64,000 nucleotides of DNA from Alphaproteobacteria bacterium (GCA_018666135.1 JABJAN010000011.1:4394-68393), one strand, 5' to 3'; positions 40,379 through 50,779 are shown, counted from the first letter of the stretch. Translations and numbers: made by a program. The notes: generated by a model from the letters alone, not told the origin.

Positions 40379-42163
40379 TTAGCTCGTAAATTGCTGGAGC
40401 TGGATCATCTTAGCATAAGCACCTTTTTGCCGAATCAGGCTCTCATGGGTGCCTGTTTCTATAATTTTTCCTGATGCCATCACATGAATTCTATCAGCTG
40501 ATTTAATAGTGGAAAGACGATGTGCAATTATCACGCTTGTGCGCCCTTGCTTCGATTCTTCTAAAGCATTTTGCACTAATTGTTCTGAGTGTGCATCAAG
40601 AGCAGAGGTTGCCTCATCCATCAATAAAATAGGGGCATCTTTTAAAATTGCTCTCGCTATTGCAATGCGTTGCCTTTGCCCCCCTGAAAGCAGATTACCT
40701 TCTGGTCCTACATTTGTGTGATAGCCATCTGAGAGAGATGATATAAACTCATCTGCAGCAGCCTTTTTTGCTGCATCTATAATTTGGTGCTCGGAAGCAT
40801 CAGGATTGCCAAAACGGATATTTGCTAAAACAGAATCATTGAATAGAATGGATTCTTGGCTAATCAGCGCAATATGCTCTCTTAAACTTGCTATACTGAC
40901 CTGCTTGATATCCTGATTATTAATTAATATAGACCCGCGATGCACATCAAAAAATCTAGGGATCAAATTCATTATAGTTGATTTCCCAGCACCACTCTCT
41001 CCAACTAAGGCAACTGTTTCTCCTTCATTAATTTTAAAATTTATACCATGTAGAATAGGCATAGAATCATAGGAAAAAGAAACGTCACGAAATTCAATTG
41101 TTGCTTTTTTTGCTATTAATGCTGGTGCATTTAATGCTGATTTAATGGAGTGTTCTGTTGTTAATAATTCAAGCACCCTATTAGCAGCAGATACCCCTTC
41201 TTGGGTAACAGCGTTCAGTGTACCAAGCGCCCTTACTGGCTGTACCAGCATTAATAATGCTGTAATAAACCCAACAACATCCCCAACCAATATTTCATTA
41301 TTAGCTACTCGCCAGCTTGCAACGCCAACAACCCCAGCAATTGCAATACCGCCAAGAACTTCAAGAACAGGATCAATTCGAGCCCTTCCTGACAATAATA
41401 AAAGAAATGCCCTTTTTAACGTATCAAACATAAGATAGGCATTTGATTTCTGGCTTTCTTCAAGCCTAAAAGCCTTAATCATGCGACTACCGCCAATAAT
41501 TTCGGATATGTTAGAGGTTACGTCTTCCATCGCTATCTGCAATAGCTGGGCATGACCACGCTGTTTACGACCAATTCTTAATATCGGCTGAAAAGCAATT
41601 GGATAGATTGCTAACACCAACACAGAAAGCCAAAAATCAAACCAGAATAGCATTCCTATCATTACAAAAATGGTTAGAGAATCTCTGATTAGATTATTTG
41701 AAAGTCTTACCACCGCTTCTTTTATCAGATTTACATCATTCATAATTCGGGAGATGAAAACACCTGAAGGATATTGAGTAACCATTCCAAGATCTGCATC
41801 AATCAGGTGGCTCATCATTTTGTTTTGCATTTGTGTTGCTATAGATTGCGCAAAACGATTTACGGTAATAATTTGCAAATACATAGCCACCGCTTTAATC
41901 AGTGCGATGCAAATAATACCTGCTGGTACAAATATCAAAAAATTATTTTTAAATACAGTTTCTTCCCCTGCCAGATGATTGAATACCTGTTGCATTATTG
42001 CAGGATAAACTGCTCCAGAAATGGCAACAATAATCATCAGTATAATGGCAGTGAAAAACAGACCTACAAAAGGGGTGGCAAATCTTTTCCAGATTTCTTT
42101 TATCACGGCTATTGTTGTATTCTCTTGTTTTGACATCATCATCCTTTGATACATAAACGTCAT
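40379..42163 (-). CDS. msbA: ABC exporter (permease + ATPase), MsbA-like lipid A flippase
   Basis: 6-TM domain plus NBD with Walker A GESGAGKST, signature LSGGQRQR and Walker B LLMDEATSALD. It is divergent from the waaA-lpxK block. Confidence 0.8.
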   Translation of the reverse strand: MTFMYQRMMMSKQENTTIAVIKEIWKRFATPFVGLFFTAIILMIIVAISGAVYPAIMQQVFNHLAGEETVFKNNFLIFVPAGIICIALIKAVAMYLQIITVNRFAQSIATQMQNKMMSHLIDADLGMVTQYPSGVFISRIMNDVNLIKEAVVRLSNNLIRDSLTIFVMIGMLFWFDFWLSVLVLAIYPIAFQPILRIGRKQRGHAQLLQIAMEDVTSNISEIIGGSRMIKAFRLEESQKSNAYLMFDTLKRAFLLLLSGRARIDPVLEVLGGIAIAGVVGVASWRVANNEILVGDVVGFITALLMLVQPVRALGTLNAVTQEGVSAANRVLELLTTEHSIKSALNAPALIAKKATIEFRDVSFSYDSMPILHGINFKINEGETVALVGESGAGKSTIMNLIPRFFDVHRGSILINNQDIKQVSIASLREHIALISQESILFNDSVLANIRFGNPDASEHQIIDAAKKAAADEFISSLSDGYHTNVGPEGNLLSGGQRQRIAIARAILKDAPILLMDEATSALDAHSEQLVQNALEESKQGRTSVIIAHRLSTIKSADRIHVMASGKIIETGTHESLIRQKGAYAKMIQLQQFTS

Positions 42164-42386
42164 CTAAATTTACTATTATGATAAAGCGTTTTTTAGCTGC
42201 CAGCGCTTTCTTTTTAGCATATTACGCACAAATATTTTCTTTTTTATGCAAATACCTTATTATGCCAATAAATTGCGATAATTGTGAAGACATGATAACA
42301 AATAGCGATAAAGGAGAGAGCAACAGCCTCTCCCATTCAGATACCAATTACAGCTCTATTTCCTATATTTGGGTTAAAACTAAAAT

Positions 42387-43139
42387 ATGCTTAAAAAACT
42401 AAGCCATTCTATGTTCGGTAAAACCCTCTTTTCTGTCGTTATTGCGGCAGTCATTTTTCTTTTAAGTATAACAATACGCTGGCGCCATGAAAATAAGGCT
42501 ATTTACCAATTGGTTAAGGAACGAAAAAAACCATACATCATAATTTCGTGGCATCAGCATATCATTGGCATGACATGGAACCTACCACGTCCTATTACCA
42601 CATTGAATTCACCTCACCCAGATGGAAAGATTCTAGGTCTTGCAGTACAAATGCTTGGGCTGAATGTAATATGGGGCTCTTCTAATAAACAAGCGTTAAG
42701 CGGGCTTCGCTTATTAGCTAATCAATTAAAGCAAGGGCACCATATTGGCATTACACCAGATGGACCAAGAGGACCTGCCAGACAGTTAGCAATGGGGCCG
42801 ATTGCTCTTGCTCATTTAACAAATGTTGAAATAATACCAGTTGTGTTTGCTGTAGATAGACAATGGCGTCTTAAAAGTTGGGACCAGACAATTATCCCAA
42901 AGCCATTTAGCAAAGCAACTATTTTATGGGGAACACCCATTAAGCTTGGGGAGATTCAACAACAGAGTGAATCTAGTGACTCTCACTCTCCTGATAAACG
43001 AAAAAATCAGCCCACAAAGAAAACTTTAGAAAAATCACGTCAACAGGTTGAAGATGCTCTTAACGCCCTAACAGATGAATGTGACAAATTGGTTGCTCCC
43101 AATTCTCTAGTGCCTGCCCCTGGCAATAGCAGGAAATAG
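42387..43139 (+). CDS. DUF374 / lysophospholipid acyltransferase-family protein
   Basis: N-terminal TM helix and ISWHQH...GITPDGPRGP motifs. The DUF374-waaA-lpxK arrangement is conserved. Confidence 0.75.
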   Translation: MLKKLSHSMFGKTLFSVVIAAVIFLLSITIRWRHENKAIYQLVKERKKPYIIISWHQHIIGMTWNLPRPITTLNSPHPDGKILGLAVQMLGLNVIWGSSNKQALSGLRLLANQLKQGHHIGITPDGPRGPARQLAMGPIALAHLTNVEIIPVVFAVDRQWRLKSWDQTIIPKPFSKATILWGTPIKLGEIQQQSESSDSHSPDKRKNQPTKKTLEKSRQQVEDALNALTDECDKLVAPNSLVPAPGNSRK

Positions 43140-43150
43140 GAGAAAATAAA

Positions 43151-44599
43151 ATGCAGATAACGCCCTTTATTTACCAATCACTGTGGTTTTTGCTAATGCC
43201 ATTTATACGGCTATATCTTATGATAAGAATAAGACAGCAAAAAGAAGATAAATCTAGGATACAAGAAAGATTTGGGCGTGGATATAAATCAGCTAGACCA
43301 AATGGAAAACTAATCTGGCTTCATTCAGTGTCTCTAGGAGAGTCAAATGCAGCCATTAATTTAATCACCAGCTTATCAGAGATTCGCCCCGACTGGCATT
43401 TCCTTGCAACTACAAATACAATTACAGCAGCAAATCATATTGAGAAAAACTGCGCATCCATGCCTGTTACTCATGTCTATCAACCCTTAGATCATCCGTT
43501 TTGGGTATCTAGATTTTTACATTATTGGCACCCTGATGGCGCTATTTTTTTAGAATCCGACTTTTGGTTTAATTTAATTACTTTAAGTAAAAAAAGCCAA
43601 ATCCCAGTTATTTTTGCCTCTAGCCAAATATCACAAACCGCCAAAAATAGATGGACAAAAAATCCTTCTCTTGCGAAAAAAATTTTCTCCAGCCCTTCAC
43701 TAATTCTATCAATAGACTCGCAACAAGAAGAAGGCTTTAAGAAATTAATGGGTCTTGCCTCGAACGATCATGCCCCAAATAAGTCCCCAAATAATTCTCC
43801 AGATAATTATTCAGATAATTATTCAGATAATTCTCCAGGTAATTCTCTAGGTAATTCTCTAGGTAATTCTCTAGGTAATTCTCTAGGTAATTCTCCAGAT
43901 AATTATCCAGGTAATTCCCATCAAGATAATCAAATTTTCATTACCCTTGGCTCTCTAAAAAACCGAATATCAGAGAATGTGATAAATACAGATTATGAAA
44001 ACAAGCTAATGGAGCATGCAAGCACATTTAAAAGAAAAATTATACTTGCTGCCTCTACTCATGAACAAGAAGAAGAGCTGATTGCACATTCTTTAAAAGG
44101 ACTTCTAGACCCTGTTAAACATTTACTTATTTTTGCCCCACGGCATATGCATAGAACCTCTGAAATTCTTAATCAGCTGGGGTGGATGCCGTGCCGTTCC
44201 AAAGATGAATTACCAGAACCAGCACTACCCTATTTTATGAGTGACAGCCTAGGAGAAATGACAAGCTTATATAACGTATCTGATGTTGTTATCTGTGGTG
44301 GCAGCTTTTATAATGCTGGGGGACATAATCCGATTGAGCCTGCACTTGCTGGAAAACCCATTATTTGCGGAGAATCAATCTTCAAAAATAAAGCAGATTT
44401 CATTCAATTAATAGAGGCAGGTATGATTTACCAAGTCAGAACACCTGATATGATGAGACAAGTTTTAGCTGAATTACTGCACCTAAATTCAAGCCAGAAA
44501 GACTGTGTTATAAAAGGTCAGAAAATTGCGCAAGAAACTTGCATGCGCCCTCTAAAAGCGGCACATTATATCATATCAACAATAGAGCAATCATCTTAA
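43151..44599 (+). CDS. waaA: 3-deoxy-D-manno-octulosonic acid (Kdo) transferase with a repeat insertion
   Basis: GT30 pattern (WLHSVSLGES, GSLK, STHE.EE, PRH..R, GGS....GGHNP.EPA). It is about 50 aa longer than E. coli WaaA as I recall it, because of the repeat block. Confidence 0.9.
   Translation: MQITPFIYQSLWFLLMPFIRLYLMIRIRQQKEDKSRIQERFGRGYKSARPNGKLIWLHSVSLGESNAAINLITSLSEIRPDWHFLATTNTITAANHIEKNCASMPVTHVYQPLDHPFWVSRFLHYWHPDGAIFLESDFWFNLITLSKKSQIPVIFASSQISQTAKNRWTKNPSLAKKIFSSPSLILSIDSQQEEGFKKLMGLASNDHAPNKSPNNSPDNYSDNYSDNSPGNSLGNSLGNSLGNSLGNSPDNYPGNSHQDNQIFITLGSLKNRISENVINTDYENKLMEHASTFKRKIILAASTHEQEEELIAHSLKGLLDPVKHLLIFAPRHMHRTSEILNQLGWMPCRSKDELPEPALPYFMSDSLGEMTSLYNVSDVVICGGSFYNAGGHNPIEPALAGKPIICGESIFKNKADFIQLIEAGMIYQVRTPDMMRQVLAELLHLNSSQKDCVIKGQKIAQETCMRPLKAAHYIISTIEQSS
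43787..43918 (+). repeat. In-frame tandem repeat, 11 units of 12 nt (consensus YYAGRTAATTMT), inside waaA
   Basis: It encodes PNNS-PDNY-SDNY-SDNS-PGNS-(LGNS)x4-PDNY-PGNS. Four units are identical (ctaggtaattct, 43847..43894). Confidence 0.95.
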
Positions 44600-45598
44600 A
44601 TGCCAATGAAAACACCAAAATTCTGGACTGGGCTAAACTGGCAGGCAGTTCTTCTGTATCCTTTTACTTTTTTGTGGAAATTCGGTAATTATCTGCGCCA
44701 ACGAAATGCACAACCAGAAAAAAGCACACTAGCTGTAATTTGTGTTGGCAATCTGACCGTTGGCGGCAGCGGCAAAACACCCGTGGCTATTACCTTATGC
44801 AGATTCCTATCTGGTATTGGCAAAAATCCTTGTGTTCTAACACGCGGCTTTGGCGGCAATGAAAAAGGACCTGTTTTTGTAGATACAGGCTTTCACACAT
44901 CATCAGATGTCGGGGATGAGCCTTTGATGATGGCAAATTCAATTTCAGTATGTGTTAGCAGAAACAGACCCAAAGGGGCTGCTTTTATATCAACTGAAAA
45001 ACATCTGGATTGCATTGTAATGGATGATGGATTGCAAAATCCGACATTAGAAAAAAACCTAAAAATAGCTGTGTTTGATGGCAAAATAGGCATTGGAAAT
45101 GGCTTGCTTCTTCCAGCTGGGCCTATGCGTGAGAAGCTGAATGAGGGAATCACAAATATAGACTTGGTTATATTTAACGGCGAAGATGAAACAGGTCTTA
45201 GCAGCAAAATTCCATCCCATATTCCAATTATATCAGGTGAATTACGTCCTGACGACGAGGTAATTGATCAAATGAAAGGGCGCCGTGTTTATGGTTTTGC
45301 TGGTATTGGAAACCCATCTCGGTTTTTTAAAACGCTACAGCATATAGGTGCTGAAATCACAGGGGAGGCACATTTTGCTGATCACCACCCCTATACAGAC
45401 AATGATTTGGCCCAGTTATATGAAGAAGCAAACCAATCAGGCTCAGAGCTAGTAACAACTCAAAAAGATTGGATGCGATTACCCGCAGAATGGAGAGAAC
45501 GTGTTTTAACCGTACCTGTTAGAATTCATTTCTCCCCTGCTGACACTATTAAAATAGTTTCATTACTAGAAACCAGCTTTACCAATGTCATTTCATAA
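44600..45598 (+). CDS. lpxK: Tetraacyldisaccharide 4'-kinase
   Basis: P-loop VGNLTVGGSGKTP. It starts immediately after the waaA stop. Confidence 0.92.
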   Translation: MPMKTPKFWTGLNWQAVLLYPFTFLWKFGNYLRQRNAQPEKSTLAVICVGNLTVGGSGKTPVAITLCRFLSGIGKNPCVLTRGFGGNEKGPVFVDTGFHTSSDVGDEPLMMANSISVCVSRNRPKGAAFISTEKHLDCIVMDDGLQNPTLEKNLKIAVFDGKIGIGNGLLLPAGPMREKLNEGITNIDLVIFNGEDETGLSSKIPSHIPIISGELRPDDEVIDQMKGRRVYGFAGIGNPSRFFKTLQHIGAEITGEAHFADHHPYTDNDLAQLYEEANQSGSELVTTQKDWMRLPAEWRERVLTVPVRIHFSPADTIKIVSLLETSFTNVIS

Positions 45599-46487
45599 AA
45601 GCCCAAAACTCAAACAGCTTTTGATTCGGTATATAATTTGGCCAATTGAAACTGTCCTGTTGGGTTTAATATTATTAATTCTGCGTATTATGCCTGTGGA
45701 TTTTGCCAGTATATTGACTGGATGGATTGGGTCTAAGATAGGTCCCTTATCAGATTGGCATAAAAGAGCCAAAGCTAATTTAGAACTAGCCATGCCAGAA
45801 CTTTCCGAAAAAAAACAAGAGGAAATTTTGTCGGCTATGTGGTGGAATTTAGGTCGTAATATAGGAGAATTTCCGCATTTACCTAATTTACTATCCGCAT
45901 CAAAACGCGTTGAAATACAGGGGCTGGAGAAAATAAAAGACACCGAAAAAGGGTGTGTTATCATTGCAGCACATCAAGCAAATTGGGAGACATCGCTAGC
46001 TATAATGATGCGTATTGACCGCAAGAAAGGTATCATTTACCGCCCTTTAAATAACCCTCTTGCAAATTATTTTGCCAAGAGAAGACAAAGTTATTTGAAT
46101 GCTAAAATGTTTTTAAAAGGACGCGAAGCAGCGCATGGAATGATATCAACTCTTAAGGCAAATGGAATTATTGGTTTGCTAATTGACCAACAGCTTCGCG
46201 AGGGTAAAATGGTTCCCTTTTTTGGTATCCCTGCAAAAACCGCAACTGCCCACATCAAGATTGCGTCAAAATTGCAGATAAATCTTTTTCCAGCGGAGAC
46301 AATTCGTATCAAAGGCGCCTATTTTAAGATAATTGTGCATGACCCTATTTCGGTTAAGAAAAACGCCTCTAATGATGAAATATTAGAAATTGCTGAACAG
46401 TTGAATAATCAAGTAGAAAGCTGGATTAAAACACGACCAGAACATTGGTTATGGCCACATAGGCGCTGGGGGAAAATTAAACTCTAA
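45585..46487 (+). CDS. Lipid A biosynthesis lauroyl/late acyltransferase (LpxL/HtrB family)
   Basis: N-terminal TM helix and the HX4E/D acyltransferase motif (AAHQANWE). It overlaps lpxK by 14 nt. Confidence 0.8.
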   Translation: MSFHKSPKLKQLLIRYIIWPIETVLLGLILLILRIMPVDFASILTGWIGSKIGPLSDWHKRAKANLELAMPELSEKKQEEILSAMWWNLGRNIGEFPHLPNLLSASKRVEIQGLEKIKDTEKGCVIIAAHQANWETSLAIMMRIDRKKGIIYRPLNNPLANYFAKRRQSYLNAKMFLKGREAAHGMISTLKANGIIGLLIDQQLREGKMVPFFGIPAKTATAHIKIASKLQINLFPAETIRIKGAYFKIIVHDPISVKKNASNDEILEIAEQLNNQVESWIKTRPEHWLWPHRRWGKIKL

Positions 46488-47956
46488 AATAATTTAGGTT
46501 GAGAGGCTTGCTTGGTTGGCTGCTCATTTTTTATGCTCTTTTTATCTGAACTATCGCTTATCTTTTCACCAATTTTCTGTGGATATTGTTTTATATCTGG
46601 ATCAAGCTGCGCCTGCCGTGTTGCATCAAAAAACTGTAAATTAATACACGCTCCAGAAGCGGCTTCTTTGGATTGCTTTATCGCATTACCCTTTTCGTCT
46701 GTCACCAGCACAAATCCTTTTTCAAGTACTCTTTGAAAGGAAAATGCATCTAGCAATTGACCATATCTGAGGATAGTTTGTTCTGATCGTGTTATGGTTT
46801 TATCAATTTGGGCTTTCATCCGCTCATTTGCAGCTGTTAGACGCGTTTGAATATCTGCTAATTTTTGAGTTGGTGTAGGCATTCTCTCAAACACAGATGT
46901 CAATTTATGCTGTTTTAAACTCACTATATTTTGTACTTTTTTTTCTATTCTTTCATTTAAGATGTCTATTCTCTGACTATGATTATTTATCTGGTCAAAG
47001 GGATGAATCAATCCGCGGATGGCTGCTATTAACTGATTCTCATTGAAATGAAGCTTTCTATCTAATGCACGCCTTACTCTTGCATCTAACTCTGATATGC
47101 GTGCGCTTAGGTCACTGAGAACTGGGGTTGCTATTTCTGCTGCAGCTGTTGGGGTTGGCGCTCTTACGTCTGACACATAATCAATTAAAGTAGTATCTGT
47201 CTCATGCCCCACAGCAGAGATAACTGGAATTCTACTATTTGAAACAGCGCGCACTACCACTTCTTCATTAAAACACCATAAATCTTCAAGTGCCCCCCCA
47301 CCACGAGCAACGATGATTAAATCAGGTCTGGGAATCAGATCATTTTCGGGCAGCTGATTAAAAGCCGTAATGGCATGGGCAATTTGTTGCTCTGCCCCTT
47401 TTCCTTGCACCGGCACTGGCGCAACAAAAACACGAACCCCAAACCTCTCCGACAAGCGATGCAGGATATCTCGTATTACCGCTCCAGTTGGAGATGTTAC
47501 AACGCCGATCACTGATGGCAAGTAAGGCAGTTGTATTTTGCGTTCTGCTGCAAACAACCCTTCTTCTTGCAGCCGTTGACGTAATGCCTCCAGCTGTTTT
47601 AATAAGGCACCTTCTCCAGCAAATTCAATCTGAGACACTATTAGCTGATATCTTGACTGACCTGAAAATGTTGTTAATTTTCCTGTACATATTACGTCCA
47701 TGCCCTCTTCTGGCAACACGTTAACCTGACTTCTTTGTCCTTTCCAGACGACAGCGGAAAGAGCAACATTGGTATCTTTCAACGTAAAATATATGTGCCC
47801 CGAACCAGGAGTAGCCGGTTTTGAAATCTCTCCTCTAACTCTGACAAGTTCAAAACTAGACTCAATCGTGCGTTTGATAGCATTCGATAAGTCAGCGACA
47901 GAGTAAATCGGATGATTTGAGTAAATATCTGTTTCAGATGAAATAAGGTTCGACAT
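46484..47956 (-). CDS. xseA: Exodeoxyribonuclease VII large subunit
   Basis: OB-fold N-terminus (VRVRGEIS....GH.YF.LKD), catalytic core (ARGGGALEDLW.FN, SAVGHETD), and a Lys-rich tail. Confidence 0.92.
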   Translation of the reverse strand: MSNLISSETDIYSNHPIYSVADLSNAIKRTIESSFELVRVRGEISKPATPGSGHIYFTLKDTNVALSAVVWKGQRSQVNVLPEEGMDVICTGKLTTFSGQSRYQLIVSQIEFAGEGALLKQLEALRQRLQEEGLFAAERKIQLPYLPSVIGVVTSPTGAVIRDILHRLSERFGVRVFVAPVPVQGKGAEQQIAHAITAFNQLPENDLIPRPDLIIVARGGGALEDLWCFNEEVVVRAVSNSRIPVISAVGHETDTTLIDYVSDVRAPTPTAAAEIATPVLSDLSARISELDARVRRALDRKLHFNENQLIAAIRGLIHPFDQINNHSQRIDILNERIEKKVQNIVSLKQHKLTSVFERMPTPTQKLADIQTRLTAANERMKAQIDKTITRSEQTILRYGQLLDAFSFQRVLEKGFVLVTDEKGNAIKQSKEAASGACINLQFFDATRQAQLDPDIKQYPQKIGEKISDSSDKKSIKNEQPTKQASQPKLF

Positions 47957-48090
47957 TTTTAATCCGTTGTTCTGATATTCTATTTATGGCACAGATATAT
48001 CATCCAAGACAATCCGTGCGTTCTCTGGAATAAATGTTAAAATTACTATGTATTTATACCTAATTAAAATGAGGTTTGGGATAGCTAATC

Positions 48091-49350
48091 ATGAAAATAT
48101 TAATTATTGGCGGCGGCGGCAGAGAACATGCAATGGCACGTGCAATTTCAGCTTCAAAAAAATGTACGCATCTATTTGCTGCGCCTGGAAATCCTGGGAT
48201 AGCTGAATTTGCAACCTGCCTAAATTTACCAATAGATGACCATTTAAGCATTATTTCAGAATGTCAAAAATTGGCTATTGAACTTGTTGTTATAGGTCCT
48301 GAGGTGCCATTGGTAGCAGGGCTTGCTGATAGATTGCGGGCACATGAAATTTTAGTGTTTGGGCCAAGCGCAGCAGCAGCAAGACTTGAGGGATCTAAGT
48401 ATTTTGCGCGTGATTTTTGCCAGCGCTACAACATACCACAACCTGCCTATGCAAGATTTACAGATAGTAAACAAGCAAAGGCATATGCCAGCAAAATTGG
48501 TCCTGAATGTGTGATTAAAGCAGATGGGCTTGCCGCCGGAAAAGGTGTGGTGGTATGCAGCACAGAAAAACAGGCACATCACGCGATTGATATGATGTTA
48601 GATGGCGCTTTTGGGGATGCTAGTCAGACCATTATTGTTGAGGCATGTATCTCTGGTCCAGAAATATCTGCCTTTGCCCTTATCGATGGCGAGGATGTAA
48701 TTTGGCTTGCTAGTGCCCGTGATCATAAACGTGCATATGATGGCGATGAAGGGCCAAATACAGGCGGCATGGGTGCGGTCAGCCCTTCTCCTGATGAGAC
48801 TAGTGAGTTACAAAATGATATTATTGAAAATATACTAAAGCCAACAGCAAAAGGAATGGTGAGTGATGGGGCACCCTATACAGGCATTTTATATGCTGGC
48901 TTAATGTTAACAAATGAAGGCCCGCAGGTAATTGAATTTAATTGCCGCTTTGGGGACCCAGAAGCGCAGGTTATTCTACCTCGTCTTGAAAGTGATTTAC
49001 TTACGATCATTATTGCTCATTGCAACCATCAGCAACATTTAGCAGAGGTTTTGTTTAGCCCTGATATTGCCATCACAGTTATCATGGCGAGCAAGGGGTA
49101 TCCTGGTAATTATCAGTCTGGTTCCATAATTAAAGGCATAGATAGCTTTACAGAAGAATCTGGTAAATTTATTTATCATTCTGGTACTGGAGAAAATGCG
49201 GACGGCAATATTATCGCCAAAGGTGGGCGAGTATTAAGCGTTACAGCAATAGCCAATAGCTATGCACAAGCAAGGGTACGCGCCTATGAAACTGTTTCAT
49301 CAATTGAGTGGAGTGACGGCTTCTACCGAACCGATATTGCTGATTTTTAG
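48091..49350 (+). CDS. purD: Phosphoribosylamine-glycine ligase
   Basis: [14 protein letters not shown] start, ATP-grasp fold and the GPNTGGMGA loop. Confidence 0.95.
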   Translation: MKILIIGGGGREHAMARAISASKKCTHLFAAPGNPGIAEFATCLNLPIDDHLSIISECQKLAIELVVIGPEVPLVAGLADRLRAHEILVFGPSAAAARLEGSKYFARDFCQRYNIPQPAYARFTDSKQAKAYASKIGPECVIKADGLAAGKGVVVCSTEKQAHHAIDMMLDGAFGDASQTIIVEACISGPEISAFALIDGEDVIWLASARDHKRAYDGDEGPNTGGMGAVSPSPDETSELQNDIIENILKPTAKGMVSDGAPYTGILYAGLMLTNEGPQVIEFNCRFGDPEAQVILPRLESDLLTIIIAHCNHQQHLAEVLFSPDIAITVIMASKGYPGNYQSGSIIKGIDSFTEESGKFIYHSGTGENADGNIIAKGGRVLSVTAIANSYAQARVRAYETVSSIEWSDGFYRTDIADF

Positions 49351-49796
49351 CGTTTATCTACGAAAAATAATGTAAGTAAATCTGCTGCCTTAGATGCGCT
49401 TATACCGCCATAAATTTCTGGTTTATGGTGGCAGGTTTTCTGCGAGAACACGCGGCTTCCATGCTCTACTGCGCCTCCTTTTTTATCTTCTGCTGCGTAA
49501 TATAGCCTGCGAAGTCTGGCATGTGAAATTGCCCCAGCACACATAGCACATGGTTCAAGAGTCACCCACAAGTCACATTTTTCTAGAAATTTTTGTCCTT
49601 TAACTTGCATCGCCTGCCGCAGCACAAGACATTCAGCGTGGGCTGTTGCATCTTGGTCAGTTTCAACTCTATTATGCGCAGCTGCAATTACATCTCCATT
49701 AGCATCAACAACAACAGCACCAACGGGAACCTCGCCTAATTCAGCTGCCTTCTGTGCCTGCTGTAATGCTAATTTCATATAATCTTTATCCTGCAT
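49347..49796 (-). CDS. tadA: tRNA adenosine(34) deaminase
   Basis: Zinc motifs HAEC and PCAMCAGA; 149 aa. Confidence 0.92.
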   Translation of the reverse strand: MQDKDYMKLALQQAQKAAELGEVPVGAVVVDANGDVIAAAHNRVETDQDATAHAECLVLRQAMQVKGQKFLEKCDLWVTLEPCAMCAGAISHARLRRLYYAAEDKKGGAVEHGSRVFSQKTCHHKPEIYGGISASKAADLLTLFFVDKR

Positions 49797-49888
49797 TACT
49801 AGGCAATGACAAAACTATACTAAAAAAGCAACATCTTGTTTTATATAGACTATTTTTTCCTTCTTTTTTATGTTCTACTTCTCTTATC

Positions 49889-50779
49889 ATGTCTTTTTCA
49901 AAACCCTCTTTTATTTTAGATGAAGTTGCTGCCTCAGAACGGATAGCTAAGCGTATGGCGCGGGCTGGATTATGTTCGAGAAGAGATGCAGAAAATTGGA
50001 TTCTTGCCGGCAGAGTCATAGTAAATGACATGCTTCTTCAAACCCCAGCATTTATTGTTGGACCTGATGATAAAATTCTTGTTGATAACAAGCCACTCCC
50101 AAAAATAGAAGCAACACGTTTATGGAGATATTATAAACCACGTGGTCTAGTTGTATCTCATAAAGACGAGCAAGACCGTGAAACTATTTTTGATAGAATA
50201 AAAGATAAATTGCCTCGTGTGATGAGCGTCGGCAGGCTTGATCTTGATTCAGAAGGAATGATCTTACTGACCAATGATGGTGGGCTTGCACGTCATCTTG
50301 AATTACCAAGCACTGGATGGACTCGCAAATATAGAGTGCGTGTTTATGGTAGGGTTGATGAACATGGGTTAGAAAAACTAAAAGACGGCATTACCATTGA
50401 AGGGGTTCATTATGGTAGTCTTTTGGCGCGTTTGGACAAACAAATGACAAGCAATGCATGGCTTACAATTGCCATAAAAGAAGGCAAAAACCGTGAGATT
50501 CGTCGTGTGATGGAATATCTTGGCTATTCTGTGAGCCGCCTTATACGAACATCTTATGGTCCTTTCCAGCTTGGCAATATGGATGAAGATGAATTGCAAG
50601 AAGTAAAGGCGGCTGTATTAAAAGAACAGCTTGGAATTAGCAGTAAAGAAAATCAAAAATCTGAAGAATCCACCCCATCGGCAAAAAGATATAAATCAGC
50701 GTCAAAGAAACAATCTGTTGTTTCTGCAAAATCAGGAAATAGGAATGCAAATAATAGGTGGGGTAAAGCGAGGCGCTAA
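49889..50779 (+). CDS. rluB: 23S rRNA pseudouridine synthase (RluB/RsuA family)
   Basis: S4 domain (RIAKRMARAGLCSRRDAE), catalytic VGRLDLDSEGMILLTNDG, and a Lys/Ser-rich tail. The start is moved to the ATG at 49889, because the track ORF from 49754 overlaps tadA. Confidence 0.85.
   Translation: MSFSKPSFILDEVAASERIAKRMARAGLCSRRDAENWILAGRVIVNDMLLQTPAFIVGPDDKILVDNKPLPKIEATRLWRYYKPRGLVVSHKDEQDRETIFDRIKDKLPRVMSVGRLDLDSEGMILLTNDGGLARHLELPSTGWTRKYRVRVYGRVDEHGLEKLKDGITIEGVHYGSLLARLDKQMTSNAWLTIAIKEGKNREIRRVMEYLGYSVSRLIRTSYGPFQLGNMDEDELQEVKAAVLKEQLGISSKENQKSEESTPSAKRYKSASKKQSVVSAKSGNRNANNRWGKARR

Noticed and set aside
42178-42402. 74-aa ORF in the msbA / DUF374 divergent spacer
   Set aside because: It has no recognisable motif, an odd Cys/Ser/Asn-rich composition and no convincing ribosome-binding site. 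It also runs into the start of the DUF374 gene, so it is probably promoter DNA.
43787-43918. Considered whether the 12-nt repeats could be a CRISPR-like or intergenic minisatellite array
   Set aside because: There are no spacers, the period is only 12 nt, and the array lies in frame inside waaA. It is reported instead as a coding tandem repeat.
49754-49888. N-terminal extensions of track ORFs: rluB from 49754, argC to 38284, rsmD from 50631 and DUF1491 to 4378
   Set aside because: The extensions overlap neighbouring genes or add non-conserved hydrophobic or odd residues. Family-typical N-termini begin at the internal ATGs used in the feature table.
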